Assembly: GCA_963837955.1 (NCBI GenBank)
Contig: CAWIPH010000002.1
Coordinates: forward strand, 4,864,001 to 4,928,000
Direction: 5' to 3'
DNA: 64,000 nt
From: an uncultured Verrucomicrobiae bacterium
Lineage (GTDB): Bacteria; Verrucomicrobiota; Verrucomicrobiia; Chthoniobacterales; JAFAMB01
In this document: positions 51,051 through 61,503 of the stretch, piece by piece
Position numbering within the stretch: the first letter of the stretch is position 1
Layout of the letters: the number at the start of each line of letters is the position of its first letter
Notes under the pieces: generated by a model
The model's database searches: none
What the model saw: the letters and a program-made list of their open reading frames with translations, nothing else
What the model was told of the DNA's origin: nothing
Program-made: the position numbers and the translations under genes

Positions 51051-53432
51051 TCAAAATTGGTAACCAACACTGAACTGGAACCGGCCACTTGAGTTGTTGA
51101 ATTTGTCGGCCTGAACTGGAATACCGTAGTCGATCCGGATTGGACCAATCGGTAAATCGAGACGAAGGCCGAAGCCAAAGTCTGAATTGATATTGCTCGT
51201 GGAGAAACTCCAAGAACCAGAATTCACAAATCCAGTATCGTAGAAAACCGCAGCCCGCACTCGCTCAACAATCGGGATGGTATATTCAATCGTCAGACGG
51301 GCAAGCGAATTTCCACCGATATCGTCACCAAAGGAGTCCTTGGGCCCGACGTCTTGAAACTTAAATCCGCGAAGGTTATTCGCGCCGCCCAGGTAAAGGC
51401 GATCGTAGATCGGGACACTGCCTCCTCCTCCCCAGGTGGCCACCGTGGCAATCTCGGCGTCAAAGAGCAGGATCGTATCAAAGGGCAGGTGGAAATATTG
51501 AGAGGCGCTTAGATCAAACCCGTAAATCTGAACGTCGCCGCCGAGCGGGCCGCCCGCGACATAGGTCGAAAAGTCGACCCGGGTGCCTTTGCGGGTCAAG
51601 AAAGCGTTATCCCTCTTGTCGTAGGTGAGCTCAAAAGTCATCCGGCTTTCCAGAGTGTTTCCAGCTTGCGCAAGTACGATCGGGTCGGTGGTGCTAACGC
51701 CGTAGACCTCAGTATCTTGCAGGCGATACTGGACTCGGGCAGCCAGGAAATTCGTGATCGGCTTCCGCAGAAATATGTCGAAACCATAATTCCGCTCATT
51801 GTAGACATTGCTGTAATATTGCGAATCGAGATAATAAACTTCCTCGCCGAGCGCCAAACGTTGATCGAGGAAATAGGGCTCGGTGAGTGAGATCAATGCT
51901 TGAGTCTGCAAGGTTCCGATCTGGAAGCGAGCGCGGAACTTTTCGCCTGCGCCGGTAAAGGTACGCCAGTTGGTGATATCGAAATTCCCCTGATTCAACT
52001 CGGCGAAACCGACTAACCCTTGGTTAGAATCAAAACCGAGGCCGAAGTTCAACGAACCCGTTCGCTTCTCCTGCACCACTACGTTCAGATCTTTTCGGCC
52101 GGGTACGAGTGTATCCGACGCATAAGCATCGACTTTTTCGAAATACTGGAGCCCCTCCAGACGTTTCTTACTGATATCTACTCGAACGGTATCAAATACA
52201 TCTCCTGGAGCCAAAACGAGTTCTCGGCGAATCACCTTGTCTTTGGTTCGAGTGTTTCCGCTGATATTGATCCGCTCTACGTACGACTTGATCCCCTCCT
52301 CAACTTTCCAATGAAGATCCACTAACGCTGGCCCAGCCGGAGTCGTCTGGACTGTAACCTTTGCGTCGGCATAACCCGCTATACCGTAAGCATCCTCCAC
52401 CGCTTTGATATCCTTCTCCAATTTACTCGGTGAAAAGACTTGGCCTTCGGTTTCCTTAATCACCTTCCGAAAATTCGCTTCGGTGACAATCTGAATACCT
52501 TCTATCGTAACCAGGTTAATGTGATATTGGGCTCCCTCGGTGACATAAATAAAGATGTCGACTTTCTTGGGGTTGACTCGTTCGATTTTGACATCAGTGA
52601 TCTGCACGTCTGCGTAGCCATTGTCTTGATAAAGGGCTTTTATTTTCTGAGCGTCATCATCCAACTGCACGCTGCTCAAGCGGCCGGCACCCGTGATGAA
52701 GCCCAAGATGTTGCTCTCTTTCGTCTTCATCTCCTTCTTTAATCGACCGGCTTTGAGCGCCTGATTCCCATAGAAGCGAATATGCCGAACGGTCGCTTTG
52801 GCTCCTTCGCTAATGGCGTAAGTGACGGTCGCCGTCCCTTGATCCTCATTGGTCGCCAGTTTGTATTGGACGTCCACATCGGGGAATCCACGTTTCTGGT
52901 AGAGATCAACGATCTTCTGGCGAGCTTGTTCCAAGACCTGTTCATCCAAAGGAGAATTAATCTTCAAATTAATCTCCCGGCGGATCCGAGAAATGCTCAC
53001 CTTCTCGGCGCCTTGAATATATACACCGGCCAGCGTGACTCTCGTCTGAACGACGACGATGACTTTTACCCCGTCCGGTAACGGTTCACCGTAAATTCGT
53101 ACGTTGGTAACTAGTCCCGTTGCGTAAAGAGCACGAACATCATCTTCAACGGTTGTTTCCGAATAAGGCTGACCAACCGTCGTTTTCATGTTGGTCAAGA
53201 TCCGCTGCCGGCTCAAAGTGGCCGGACCGGCATATTGAATCTCGATTTGGCGAACAATCGGAGAAGGCTGCCTTGGAGCCGGAGTCGGTACGGAACTTGG
53301 CGGAGGCTGTACGGCACTTGGCGGAGTCGGCTGCTGAGCGGCGGGTTGTTGCGCTTGGGCTGCGACAGCGAGCGAGGCGCCCAGAACAGCGGACAACACC
53401 CAGTTCCGGCAGAAGAGACTCTTTTGGTTCAT
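51051..53432 (-). CDS. bamA: Outer membrane protein assembly factor BamA
   Basis: POTRA repeats (GNTRTKDKVIRRE), LRGF loop, C-terminal FSVGYQF. Confidence 0.96.
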   Translation of the reverse strand: MNQKSLFCRNWVLSAVLGASLAVAAQAQQPAAQQPTPPSAVQPPPSSVPTPAPRQPSPIVRQIEIQYAGPATLSRQRILTNMKTTVGQPYSETTVEDDVRALYATGLVTNVRIYGEPLPDGVKVIVVVQTRVTLAGVYIQGAEKVSISRIRREINLKINSPLDEQVLEQARQKIVDLYQKRGFPDVDVQYKLATNEDQGTATVTYAISEGAKATVRHIRFYGNQALKAGRLKKEMKTKESNILGFITGAGRLSSVQLDDDAQKIKALYQDNGYADVQITDVKIERVNPKKVDIFIYVTEGAQYHINLVTIEGIQIVTEANFRKVIKETEGQVFSPSKLEKDIKAVEDAYGIAGYADAKVTVQTTPAGPALVDLHWKVEEGIKSYVERINISGNTRTKDKVIRRELVLAPGDVFDTVRVDISKKRLEGLQYFEKVDAYASDTLVPGRKDLNVVVQEKRTGSLNFGLGFDSNQGLVGFAELNQGNFDITNWRTFTGAGEKFRARFQIGTLQTQALISLTEPYFLDQRLALGEEVYYLDSQYYSNVYNERNYGFDIFLRKPITNFLAARVQYRLQDTEVYGVSTTDPIVLAQAGNTLESRMTFELTYDKRDNAFLTRKGTRVDFSTYVAGGPLGGDVQIYGFDLSASQYFHLPFDTILLFDAEIATVATWGGGGSVPIYDRLYLGGANNLRGFKFQDVGPKDSFGDDIGGNSLARLTIEYTIPIVERVRAAVFYDTGFVNSGSWSFSTSNINSDFGFGLRLDLPIGPIRIDYGIPVQADKFNNSSGRFQFSVGYQF

Positions 53433-53675
53433 AAATGAATAGCTGAGAGGACAATCAAGGCGAATGGCCGTAATTCATGGCAAGGCTGTCCTAAACGTCA
53501 ACAGGAAAAACCTTTTAGACCAGAGGGGGAGCTGGCATTTCGGATGAAAGTCAGCGCAAGGATGACAAAACGGTAATCGATACGTCACGCACAAATTTCA
53601 GATCGACGTCAAAGATTCCGTAAATTCCGCAGATGCCAGATGGCTCGCTAAAATCAGCTCGATTGCGCAGAGCAC

Positions 53676-54767
53676 TCAGTCGACCAACTGGTAATGATTA
53701 TTTCGAGCTCGGGGCTGGTACCCCGCATCCGAAATGACTCGCTCCATTTCGTCGCGAGTCAGTCTGAATGTGGTGCCAGCGCTGCTGACCACATTCTCCT
53801 CCATCATTACCGATCCGTAATCGTTGGCACCAAAACGCAAAGCCACCTGGCCAATTCTCGGCCCTTGAGTCACCCAAGAGCTTTGCAAATTCTCGATGTT
53901 ATCTAAATAGATTCGAGCAAGCGCCTGTGTCCTCAGATATTCGGCCGAGCCCACCGGTGAAGCCTTCAACACCACATTTTCCGGCTGGAACGTCCAGCAG
54001 ATGAAAGCCGTGAACCCTCCCGTTCTATCTTGGAGCTCTCTCAGCCGCTCCAGATGTTCTATCCGGTCGGGTATCGTCTCCACATGGCCAAACATCATCG
54101 TCGCGCTACTTCTCAAGCCTTCTTCGTGGGCTATCTCCATTACTTTGAGCCACTGTTCCGTGTTGCACTTGAGAGGTGAGATCCGGTTTCGGACGCGATC
54201 TACCAAAATTTCACCGCCGCCGCCCGGAATCGAACCCAGGCCAGCCGCCTTAAATCGCACGATAACCTCCCGCAATGGCATCTGGAACACCTCGGCAAAA
54301 TGGTTGAATTCAGGTGGACTGAATCCGTGAATGTTTACTTGCGGATACTTTTCCCGAAGGTGGCTCAACAAATCGAGGTAATAGTCAATGCCGAGCCGCG
54401 GGTGATGCCCGCCTTGCATTAAGATCTGAATGCCTCCGATCGACACGAGTTCATCGATCTTCTGATCGATCTGTTCGTGGGTCAGGACGTAGTGGTCCTT
54501 GTCGCGTTCCGTTCGATAGAATGCACAAAACTTGCAATACACGTTGCAGACGTTCGTGTAGTTGATGTTTCGCTCGACAATATAGGTGACGATCTCGTTT
54601 CCCCGCCGATCGTAAGCATCTATTTTCGCTCTGTTCCGGCGATGGTCCGCCAGCGCCCCCAGCTCCTGGAGCGGGAGATTATACAACTCGAGGGCTTCAT
54701 CGGAAGTAATCCGCTCCCCGGCTAGAACCTTGTCTACGATCGTCGACTCATCAATCCCAGCATTCAT
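53676..54767 (-). CDS. mqnC: Radical SAM cyclic dehypoxanthine futalosine synthase
   Basis: NINYTNVCNVYCKFCAF, MQGGHHP, PGGGGEIL, SSWVTQG, MMEENVV. Confidence 0.88.
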   Translation of the reverse strand: MNAGIDESTIVDKVLAGERITSDEALELYNLPLQELGALADHRRNRAKIDAYDRRGNEIVTYIVERNINYTNVCNVYCKFCAFYRTERDKDHYVLTHEQIDQKIDELVSIGGIQILMQGGHHPRLGIDYYLDLLSHLREKYPQVNIHGFSPPEFNHFAEVFQMPLREVIVRFKAAGLGSIPGGGGEILVDRVRNRISPLKCNTEQWLKVMEIAHEEGLRSSATMMFGHVETIPDRIEHLERLRELQDRTGGFTAFICWTFQPENVVLKASPVGSAEYLRTQALARIYLDNIENLQSSWVTQGPRIGQVALRFGANDYGSVMMEENVVSSAGTTFRLTRDEMERVISDAGYQPRARNNHYQLVD

Positions 54768-54845
54768 TCGGTGAACTAATAGTAAGATGTTTCATTGTAT
54801 TTTCCACTGACCGAACAATAATCTCGCAAAAGCGGAGCCGATTGC

Positions 54846-55868
54846 GTGGCGGAAAATTTTTATCAGGAAACCGTTCAATCACCAAAAAGTGCCTTTGATC
54901 TCTCTCTAAGGCCGCCGCTTTTCAGCGAGTTTCAGGGCCAATTGCGCGTGCGAGAGCGCCTGGAACTAATGGTGACTGCGGCTAAGCAACGAGAAGACGT
55001 GTTGGAACATGTGTTGTTGAGCGGGCCGCCAGGGCTTGGAAAAACCACCCTTGCCTTCATCCTGGCTAACGCGATGAGCGTCAATATCAAGAGTACGAGC
55101 GGGCCAATGATCGAAAAGGCAGGCGATCTTGCCGGTCTGCTGACGACTCTGGAAAGAGGCGATATCCTGTTTATCGATGAGATCCATCGGCTCCAGCCTG
55201 CAATCGAAGAGTATCTTTATCCTGCCATGGAGGACTTTCGTTTGGACATCATCATCGATCAGGGTCCAAACGCTCGGAGCGTCCGACTCAATCTCCCAAA
55301 ATTCACGCTGGTTGGCGCCACTACCAGAGCGGGTTTGATTAGCGCGCCGCTCCGTTCCCGATTCGGAATGACTTCTCGTCTTGACTACTACGCGGCAGCA
55401 GAGCTCAGCCAAATTATCGAACGAAGTGCTGGTTTGATTCAGGTTGGTATTGATGCTGAAGGCGCTCTTGAGATCGCCACCCGCTCTCGGGGAACCCCCC
55501 GCGTCGCCAATAACCTGCTGCGCTGGGTCCGAGATTACGCTCAGGTAAAAGGCGATGGATTCATCAATCAGACTACGGCTGATCGTGCCTTACAAATGCT
55601 AGACATCGATGACGACGGGCTGGACGAAATGGACAAGCGCCTGTTAGAGGCATTGGTCTCACGCTTTCACGGCGGACCGGTTGGAATCAGCTCGTTGGCT
55701 GTGGCAGTCGGCGAGGATTCCGGAACTATAGAGGAAGTCAATGAACCTTATCTCATCCAGGAAGGCTACCTTATGCGCACTGCCCAAGGACGAGTTGCGT
55801 TGCCTAAGGCGTACCAAAAATTGGGCCTTAAAATCCCGCCGGGAGGGCGGCAGAACGAATTGTTTTAG
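54846..55868 (+). CDS. ruvB: Holliday junction helicase RuvB
   Basis: [31 protein letters not shown]. Confidence 0.98.
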   Translation: MAENFYQETVQSPKSAFDLSLRPPLFSEFQGQLRVRERLELMVTAAKQREDVLEHVLLSGPPGLGKTTLAFILANAMSVNIKSTSGPMIEKAGDLAGLLTTLERGDILFIDEIHRLQPAIEEYLYPAMEDFRLDIIIDQGPNARSVRLNLPKFTLVGATTRAGLISAPLRSRFGMTSRLDYYAAAELSQIIERSAGLIQVGIDAEGALEIATRSRGTPRVANNLLRWVRDYAQVKGDGFINQTTADRALQMLDIDDDGLDEMDKRLLEALVSRFHGGPVGISSLAVAVGEDSGTIEEVNEPYLIQEGYLMRTAQGRVALPKAYQKLGLKIPPGGRQNELF

Positions 55869-55960
55869 CTATTTTCTTCCGCATTCTAGTTTCCATGTTC
55901 ACGTCCACCCGGTTGCTACTTCGCGGATCACCTAATTTTGGGACTGCAAACCTGAACCGT

Positions 55961-56941
55961 TCACGGTCTGCTAGCTTCCATTTTGAGCGGCGCCGCTTTT
56001 CTCGGACGTGAAGGCGAAACTTCGGATTTTTCGGGATATTTAATCGTGCTAGGCCAAACAATCCGCCAAGGTTGACTCTTCAACCTGCTGGTTAACTCAC
56101 TGAGATCGGAAAAGACTCCGTCCAAGTGAGGTAACGTTGTGTTTAGAGTAGCTTGAATCTGGCCCAGGACAGACTTCAGGCGTTCCGAAGAAGTGTTCAG
56201 GTTCGCCAGAGCTTTCTCCAAATTATTATCTTTATTCAGCCCGGTGGTGAGCTGGTTGATACCTTGGAGAGTACTCTGCAAGCCACTGAGTGCTGAATCC
56301 ACTGACCCACCTTTATCCGTCAATGTCTTTAGGTTGCCTCCCGCCAAACGGAAGTTATCCAGCGTTCCGCCAAGGGTTGTAATCAACTTTGAATCTTTTG
56401 CGGTTAAGTCGGTAAGATTTACCGAAGTCCGGCGCAGCTCATACATGGTCGTGGTTAGGTCTTTCAGAACGGGGTCCAGCTTCTTAATAATCACTGGACC
56501 AAGTTCACTTAGGTCGGGTGAGCGGGAGCCGACAAACGTGTCTCCACTCACGGCTTTGCCTGAATTGGAATCGCCGTTGGTAAAATCGATGACGTATTCA
56601 GAAAGCAATCCGAAGGTTCGCATCGTAACATCATTGGCTTTAAAAACCTCCGCATCCCGCGCCACCTGAACGGTGATCATCACCTCGTCATCCAGTCGCC
56701 CTGGCGGACGCTGGGCCATCGGTACGGGCGACTGAATATATTCGACGGTTCCGATCTTCCTTCCGGCCAGCATCACGCTCGCGCCCGGTTTAATCGCCGC
56801 GGCGTCATCGAAAAAGATTTTGTAATGTACGACCGGTCGAAAGAGACCGGGCGCCGAGAGATAGAGAACGACCCCAACCGTTAGTCCGATGGTAAGGATC
56901 ACAAGAATGCCGGTACGAATTTCGTTACGAAGGATCTGCAT
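55961..56941 (-). CDS. MCE/MlaD-family protein with helical tail
   Basis: N-terminal TM, F.DA..IKPGA.V..AG..IG.V, GLL.E. Confidence 0.85.
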   Translation of the reverse strand: MQILRNEIRTGILVILTIGLTVGVVLYLSAPGLFRPVVHYKIFFDDAAAIKPGASVMLAGRKIGTVEYIQSPVPMAQRPPGRLDDEVMITVQVARDAEVFKANDVTMRTFGLLSEYVIDFTNGDSNSGKAVSGDTFVGSRSPDLSELGPVIIKKLDPVLKDLTTTMYELRRTSVNLTDLTAKDSKLITTLGGTLDNFRLAGGNLKTLTDKGGSVDSALSGLQSTLQGINQLTTGLNKDNNLEKALANLNTSSERLKSVLGQIQATLNTTLPHLDGVFSDLSELTSRLKSQPWRIVWPSTIKYPEKSEVSPSRPRKAAPLKMEASRP

Positions 56942-57707
56942 TCTCTACGGCTTCGGTAATCGGTCCCTCCACCTCCCCGGTGACAAATTGCCGCACCACC
57001 GGGTTCTGGGCATTTCTAAAGGAGTCTGGGACATCGTCTTGGATGATGGAACCTTGGTACAGCATCGCCATCCGGGTGGCTATTCGAAAAGCACTGTCCA
57101 TTTCATGCGTCACGATGACCGATGTGGTACTTGTCTTTTCTGACAGCGAGATAATCAGCTCGTCGATTACCGAGCTCATCACTGGATCAAGTCCAGCTGA
57201 CGGTTCATCGAACAGAACTAACTCCGGCTCCATCATCAAAGCTCTTGCCAGGCTCACTCGCTTCCTCATGCCACCACTCAGCTCGGACGGCATTTTATCC
57301 TCCGTGCCGCTCATCCCGACCAGCGCAAGCTTTTCTTCTACTAAGGCGGTAATTTGCTTCTGCGATTTGGAGCCAAGTTCCGCCACCGGCAAAGCAAGAT
57401 TATCGTGAACATTCAACGAACTAATCAGAGCGGAATACTGGTAGACCATGCCCATCCGTGACCGCAGCAGATTGAGCTTGCTGCGGCTCAAGCGATTAAT
57501 CCGAAGATGTTTATATCGCACATCCCCAGAGGTTGGTCGCAGGATGCCCAGGATCAGGCGAAGCATCGTGCTCTTTCCGCCGCCGCTTTGGCCCAGGACA
57601 ACCAGCCGGTCTTTTGGAAAGATTTTCAAATTGATTCCAACGAGAACCGGCTTGTCCGCAAAATGTAAAGTGACGCGGTCGAGATGAACGAGCGGAGTTT
57701 CGCTCAT
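56925..57707 (-). CDS. mlaF: MlaF-like ABC ATP-binding protein
   Basis: GQSGGGKS, PSELSGGMRKRV, DEP.AGLDP. Confidence 0.88.
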   Translation of the reverse strand: MSETPLVHLDRVTLHFADKPVLVGINLKIFPKDRLVVLGQSGGGKSTMLRLILGILRPTSGDVRYKHLRINRLSRSKLNLLRSRMGMVYQYSALISSLNVHDNLALPVAELGSKSQKQITALVEEKLALVGMSGTEDKMPSELSGGMRKRVSLARALMMEPELVLFDEPSAGLDPVMSSVIDELIISLSEKTSTTSVIVTHEMDSAFRIATRMAMLYQGSIIQDDVPDSFRNAQNPVVRQFVTGEVEGPITEAVENADPS

Positions 57708-58495
57708 TTGGTGTATTCGGTAACGACTATATTAAAAAGAGTATCAAATCCGATAACGCTGCTGATAGCAACGACCACGCTATCTGTCGTTGCTCTGCCA
57801 ACGCCTTCTGCTCCGCCGCTTACCGTCAAGCCTTTGAAGCACGCAATCAACCCGATAAGCAAACCGAAGAATGCCGCTTTAAAGAGACCGATAAGAATGT
57901 CTTTCACCAAAAGGCTGCTGAGCACCCCATCAAAATAAAAGGCAGGCACGAGATTCAGCGTGATCCAGGAGATAAGGCCAGAACCGAGGAGACCGGCGAT
58001 TGTCGAACAAATAGCAAGGCAAGGCATGAGAAGGGTGATTGCCACGAGTCGAGGCGCAACCAGGAGGCGGAGCGCGCCGATCCCCATCGCTTCAATCGCT
58101 TCCACTTCTTCCGCCACTTGCATGGTACCAAGCTCCGCTGTGAACGCCGCACCGATCCGAGCAGCCAAGACAATGCCGGTCAGCAATGGACCAAGCTCCC
58201 GAGTGAAAGCAATCGAGATAAGCGTCGGCACCAACCGCTCGGTGCCAAACTTTTGCAGTTGGTATCCGGTAAGTAAGGCCATGGTGAGGCCTAGAAAAAA
58301 GGAGACCAACAGAACCAAGGGAACCGAGCCGACTCCCGTGCGGTCGGTCTGAGCAAAGAGCGCCGACCAACGAAACGGCAGACGACCTCGTCTGACGTTG
58401 TCGCCCATTTCTTCCAACGTATTAATCAGCAGCCAGAAGATGCTTCCTACGTTAATGAGCGCAATTCGAGTCAGGTAACCGATCCGGTAAAGCAA
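57704..58495 (-). CDS. mlaE: MlaE-like ABC permease
   Basis: RELGP, AELGTM.V.EE, GGAEGVGRATT. Confidence 0.9.
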   Translation of the reverse strand: MLYRIGYLTRIALINVGSIFWLLINTLEEMGDNVRRGRLPFRWSALFAQTDRTGVGSVPLVLLVSFFLGLTMALLTGYQLQKFGTERLVPTLISIAFTRELGPLLTGIVLAARIGAAFTAELGTMQVAEEVEAIEAMGIGALRLLVAPRLVAITLLMPCLAICSTIAGLLGSGLISWITLNLVPAFYFDGVLSSLLVKDILIGLFKAAFFGLLIGLIACFKGLTVSGGAEGVGRATTDSVVVAISSVIGFDTLFNIVVTEYTK

Positions 58496-58630
58496 CGGAT
58501 ACTAAATATGCGTACGCTGGAGTGACGCAAGCCAGAAACGAAATGTCTTCCACCTGCATCTCTTTATTGGATGATGAATTCGGCGGGATAATGCCGATGC
58601 TCAGGGCGCGGGCTCGCTGCAGACGCGAGA

Positions 58631-60436
58631 TCACGCCTCTAATTCTGACTGATCTGAAGTCTCGGGCAGAGCCTCCTGGAAATCGGAGCCGTTGGGGCGC
58701 ACCTCAGCGCCTCCACCGAACAGGCCGCTCTCGTATAAGCGCCGGTAGGTGCCATCCAACCCCAGCAATTCATCATGAGTGCCTCTCTCAACAATTTCGC
58801 CACGTTCGAGCACCAGGATCTGGTCCGCATGCCGCACTGTGGACAGCCGATGAGCAATTACGAAACTGGTACGACCAAGCAACAAGCGATCTAACGCAGC
58901 CTGAATTTCTCGCTCCGTCTGTGTATCAACACTCGCTGTCGCTTCATCCAGAACTAATATGGGTGGATCATTCAAGAGAGCCCTGGCAATCGATAACCGC
59001 TGTTTTTCACCGACGCTCAAGCGGATACCTCGCTCGCCCACCGGAGAATCCAATCCTTGAGGCAGCTTCGAAACGAATTCGTATGCGTGCGCGGCGCGCA
59101 GCGCAGCGTCGATCTCAGAGTTTTGCGCATTAGGTTTCCCGAATAACAAGTTTTCTCGGACCGTGCCGTTGAATAGAAAGCTTTCCTGCGATACAAACCC
59201 AGTGATTTGTCGCACTGTTCTTCGAGATAGATCGCGAATTGACCGTTGATCAATCAAGATATCACCAGACCCTTCGGGCAAGTCGTAGAACCGCAAGAGT
59301 AGACTCACCAAGGTCGATTTCCCCGCTCCGGTCGGTCCCACCAGCGCGACGGTCTGACCAGGCGAAGCGATCAGAGAAATTCCCCGAAGGATTTCTCTGC
59401 CCGGCTCGTAGCAAAAGCTCACGTCCCGATATTCGATCAGGCCAAGCGGATCAAAAGAGTCTACCGGCACATCGACTCCTTCCTCTACCGGAACATCCAT
59501 TATCTCGAACACCCGATCACCCGCAGCCCGGCCGCTTTGAAACATTTGATTCAGACTGTGGAGCCGGCTAATCGGTTCGTACAAAAACCGCACGAGAATC
59601 AGGCAGGCTACTAATTCGCCAAGACCCATGCGTCCCTCCAATACGGCCATGCCGCCGAAGCCAGTAACGATGGCAAGTCCACACGATGTCATGAATTCCA
59701 TGGATGGCGTATAGATGGCCCAGGCTTTCATCACCACCATGGTTGCATCCTTCAAACGGCTACTAGCCTGATTGAAACGACGATGCTCAGATTCCTCGCG
59801 GGCGTAGGCTTTGATTTGTCGTACTCCAGCCAGATTATCGTGCAAAAGAGAATTCATGGCCGAAGCCGCCTTTCGCTGCCCGGAATAACGTGGCTTGGCG
59901 GTGAGCGTGTACCATAACGCACCGGCCGCGAGCAAGGGGATCGGTATTAGCGTCAACAGCCCAAGACTTGGCTCCTTTAGAAACAGAAGCGTACTGACAA
60001 TGATAACCTGAAGGATCGCGACGCTCCCCTGCTCGATCCCATCGATCAGCACCCGCTCCACTGCATTCACGTCTTCCAATACCCGGGTCATGATGTCGCC
60101 TGTTGCCCGGTGATCAAACCATGAGAGGGGCAATCGCTGAATGTGATCATAAAGATCGCTGCGCAGGTCAAAAATCACTTTCTGCTCGAAGCTGTTATTG
60201 AGAATGATCCGAAATCCGTTGGCCAAGTTTTGCACGAAGAAGGCTGCGATCGCACATCCGACCAGCGGCAGAATCAGCTCGGGATGATTTCCTCGAATGG
60301 CATCGTCGACCACGCGTTGAGTCACGCTGGGGAAGACGATCACCATCAGCGTAGCGAGCACGGCAAAGCCAATCGTGCTCGCGGCCAGCCATGGGTAGCG
60401 TCGAGTGTAGCGGAAAACGCGTAGAATGGTCCACAT
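58631..60436 (-). CDS. Fused ABC exporter (MsbA/MdlAB-like)
   Basis: TM domain + GPTGAGKS, LSVGEKQR, DEATAS, IAHRLST; AAGGAG upstream of ATG 60436. Confidence 0.93.
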   Translation of the reverse strand: MWTILRVFRYTRRYPWLAASTIGFAVLATLMVIVFPSVTQRVVDDAIRGNHPELILPLVGCAIAAFFVQNLANGFRIILNNSFEQKVIFDLRSDLYDHIQRLPLSWFDHRATGDIMTRVLEDVNAVERVLIDGIEQGSVAILQVIIVSTLLFLKEPSLGLLTLIPIPLLAAGALWYTLTAKPRYSGQRKAASAMNSLLHDNLAGVRQIKAYAREESEHRRFNQASSRLKDATMVVMKAWAIYTPSMEFMTSCGLAIVTGFGGMAVLEGRMGLGELVACLILVRFLYEPISRLHSLNQMFQSGRAAGDRVFEIMDVPVEEGVDVPVDSFDPLGLIEYRDVSFCYEPGREILRGISLIASPGQTVALVGPTGAGKSTLVSLLLRFYDLPEGSGDILIDQRSIRDLSRRTVRQITGFVSQESFLFNGTVRENLLFGKPNAQNSEIDAALRAAHAYEFVSKLPQGLDSPVGERGIRLSVGEKQRLSIARALLNDPPILVLDEATASVDTQTEREIQAALDRLLLGRTSFVIAHRLSTVRHADQILVLERGEIVERGTHDELLGLDGTYRRLYESGLFGGGAEVRPNGSDFQEALPETSDQSELEA

Positions 60437-60500
60437 AATGTAACCGTTCTCCTTACTATAATGTTTCGGCAACGCAACATTGGAGCCCGCCCTTGACGCA

Positions 60501-60822
60501 GCGACACGGTTAAGCGCCGAACTGTGAGCCTAGCCCCCGCCCATCGTTTGGCTCACACGCTTCTCTCGCTGTCGCTCAACGCGTGTTTCGCCCTACCTCT
60601 CAGGGTTGTTCCTGCCGAAAGGCATCGGCATGCCCATCGGTCGGAGGGCGCGGCGCTCGCGCCGCCCGGGAATTATCCAACGTGCACCGAGGAATTGAAG
60701 TCAAAAATCCGCTGCCGTTACCTGACAAGGGCGAAACCCGACTTTGAGCGACAGCGAGTTAGAGCGTGTGACACAAACGATGGGCGGCGCAAGGCTCACA
60801 GTCCGGCGCATAATCGAGTCGC
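60501..60822. repeat. Long imperfect inverted repeat (~104-nt arms, 116-nt structured spacer)
   Basis: Arm 60501-60604 aligns to the reverse complement of 60721-60822 at roughly 80% identity by manual alignment. Confidence 0.9.
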
Positions 60823-60913
60823 CATTGGCAAGCGTGGCGTGCCGGACTGTATCGCCCTACCATCCACGGGTCGGGTCGTTCGCCAGGCGGCTCGAATCCG
60901 CACGCGGCTTGAT

Positions 60914-61465
60914 TCAACCAATATGAGGCTCCTCAACCTGCACCCAATCCCCAGGAGGCAAATCGTTCAGTCGCAATTCCCCAATCCGTACCCGCACCAA
61001 TCTCAGGGTCGGAAGGCCGACCGCAGCCGTCATCCGGCGCACCTGCCGGTTCCGCCCTTCGCGTAGTATGATGCTTAACCAACAATCCGGAACGGTCTTA
61101 CGAAAACGAATGGGGGGATTCCTGGGCGAGAGATCGGGAGCGCTCTCCAGAATCCGGACGACGCACGGAAGCGTTGCCCGCCCCTGGATGACGACTCCCG
61201 CACCTAGGCGCTGGAGCTTTTCTGGGGTAGCAACGCCTTCCACCTGCACCCAATACTCTCGCTCGTGTCCCTGGCGTGGCCTGAGCAAACGGGCGTTCCA
61301 TTCCGGCTGATCGCTCAAGAGGAGTAATCCCTCCGAATCCGCGTCCAGCCGGCCGATTGGGTACACTCCTTTAGGAAGACCGAATTCCGCGAGAGTCCGG
61401 TTCGCCGACCCGTCCGGAGTAAACTGAGAGAGAACACCAAACGGTTTATGGAATGCAATCAGCAC
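60914..61465 (-). CDS. RsuA/RluE-family pseudouridine synthase
   Basis: KP.GVLSQF, GRLDADSEGLLLL, EGRNRQVRRMTAAVGLPTLRL. Confidence 0.93.
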   Translation of the reverse strand: MLIAFHKPFGVLSQFTPDGSANRTLAEFGLPKGVYPIGRLDADSEGLLLLSDQPEWNARLLRPRQGHEREYWVQVEGVATPEKLQRLGAGVVIQGRATLPCVVRILESAPDLSPRNPPIRFRKTVPDCWLSIILREGRNRQVRRMTAAVGLPTLRLVRVRIGELRLNDLPPGDWVQVEEPHIG

Positions 61466-61503
61466 AAAATCTTCTTTTGAGTTCTGCCTTTGATGGAGAA
61501 TCA

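Noticed and set aside
50983..51213. Long N-terminal extension of Skp in the ORF track
   Set aside because: Overlaps bamA; the signal peptide starts at ATG 50982/50979. The extended starts for rplN, rpmJ, plsY, cysK and the oxidoreductase were trimmed for similar reasons.
60720..60737. Hammerhead ribozyme core (CUGACAA...GAAAC)
   Set aside because: The conserved G8 is absent, there is no stem II, and these bases pair within the long arm.
60524..61066. 180-aa plus-strand ORF
   Set aside because: No recognisable motifs; it crosses the inverted repeat and lies antisense to the pseudouridine synthase.
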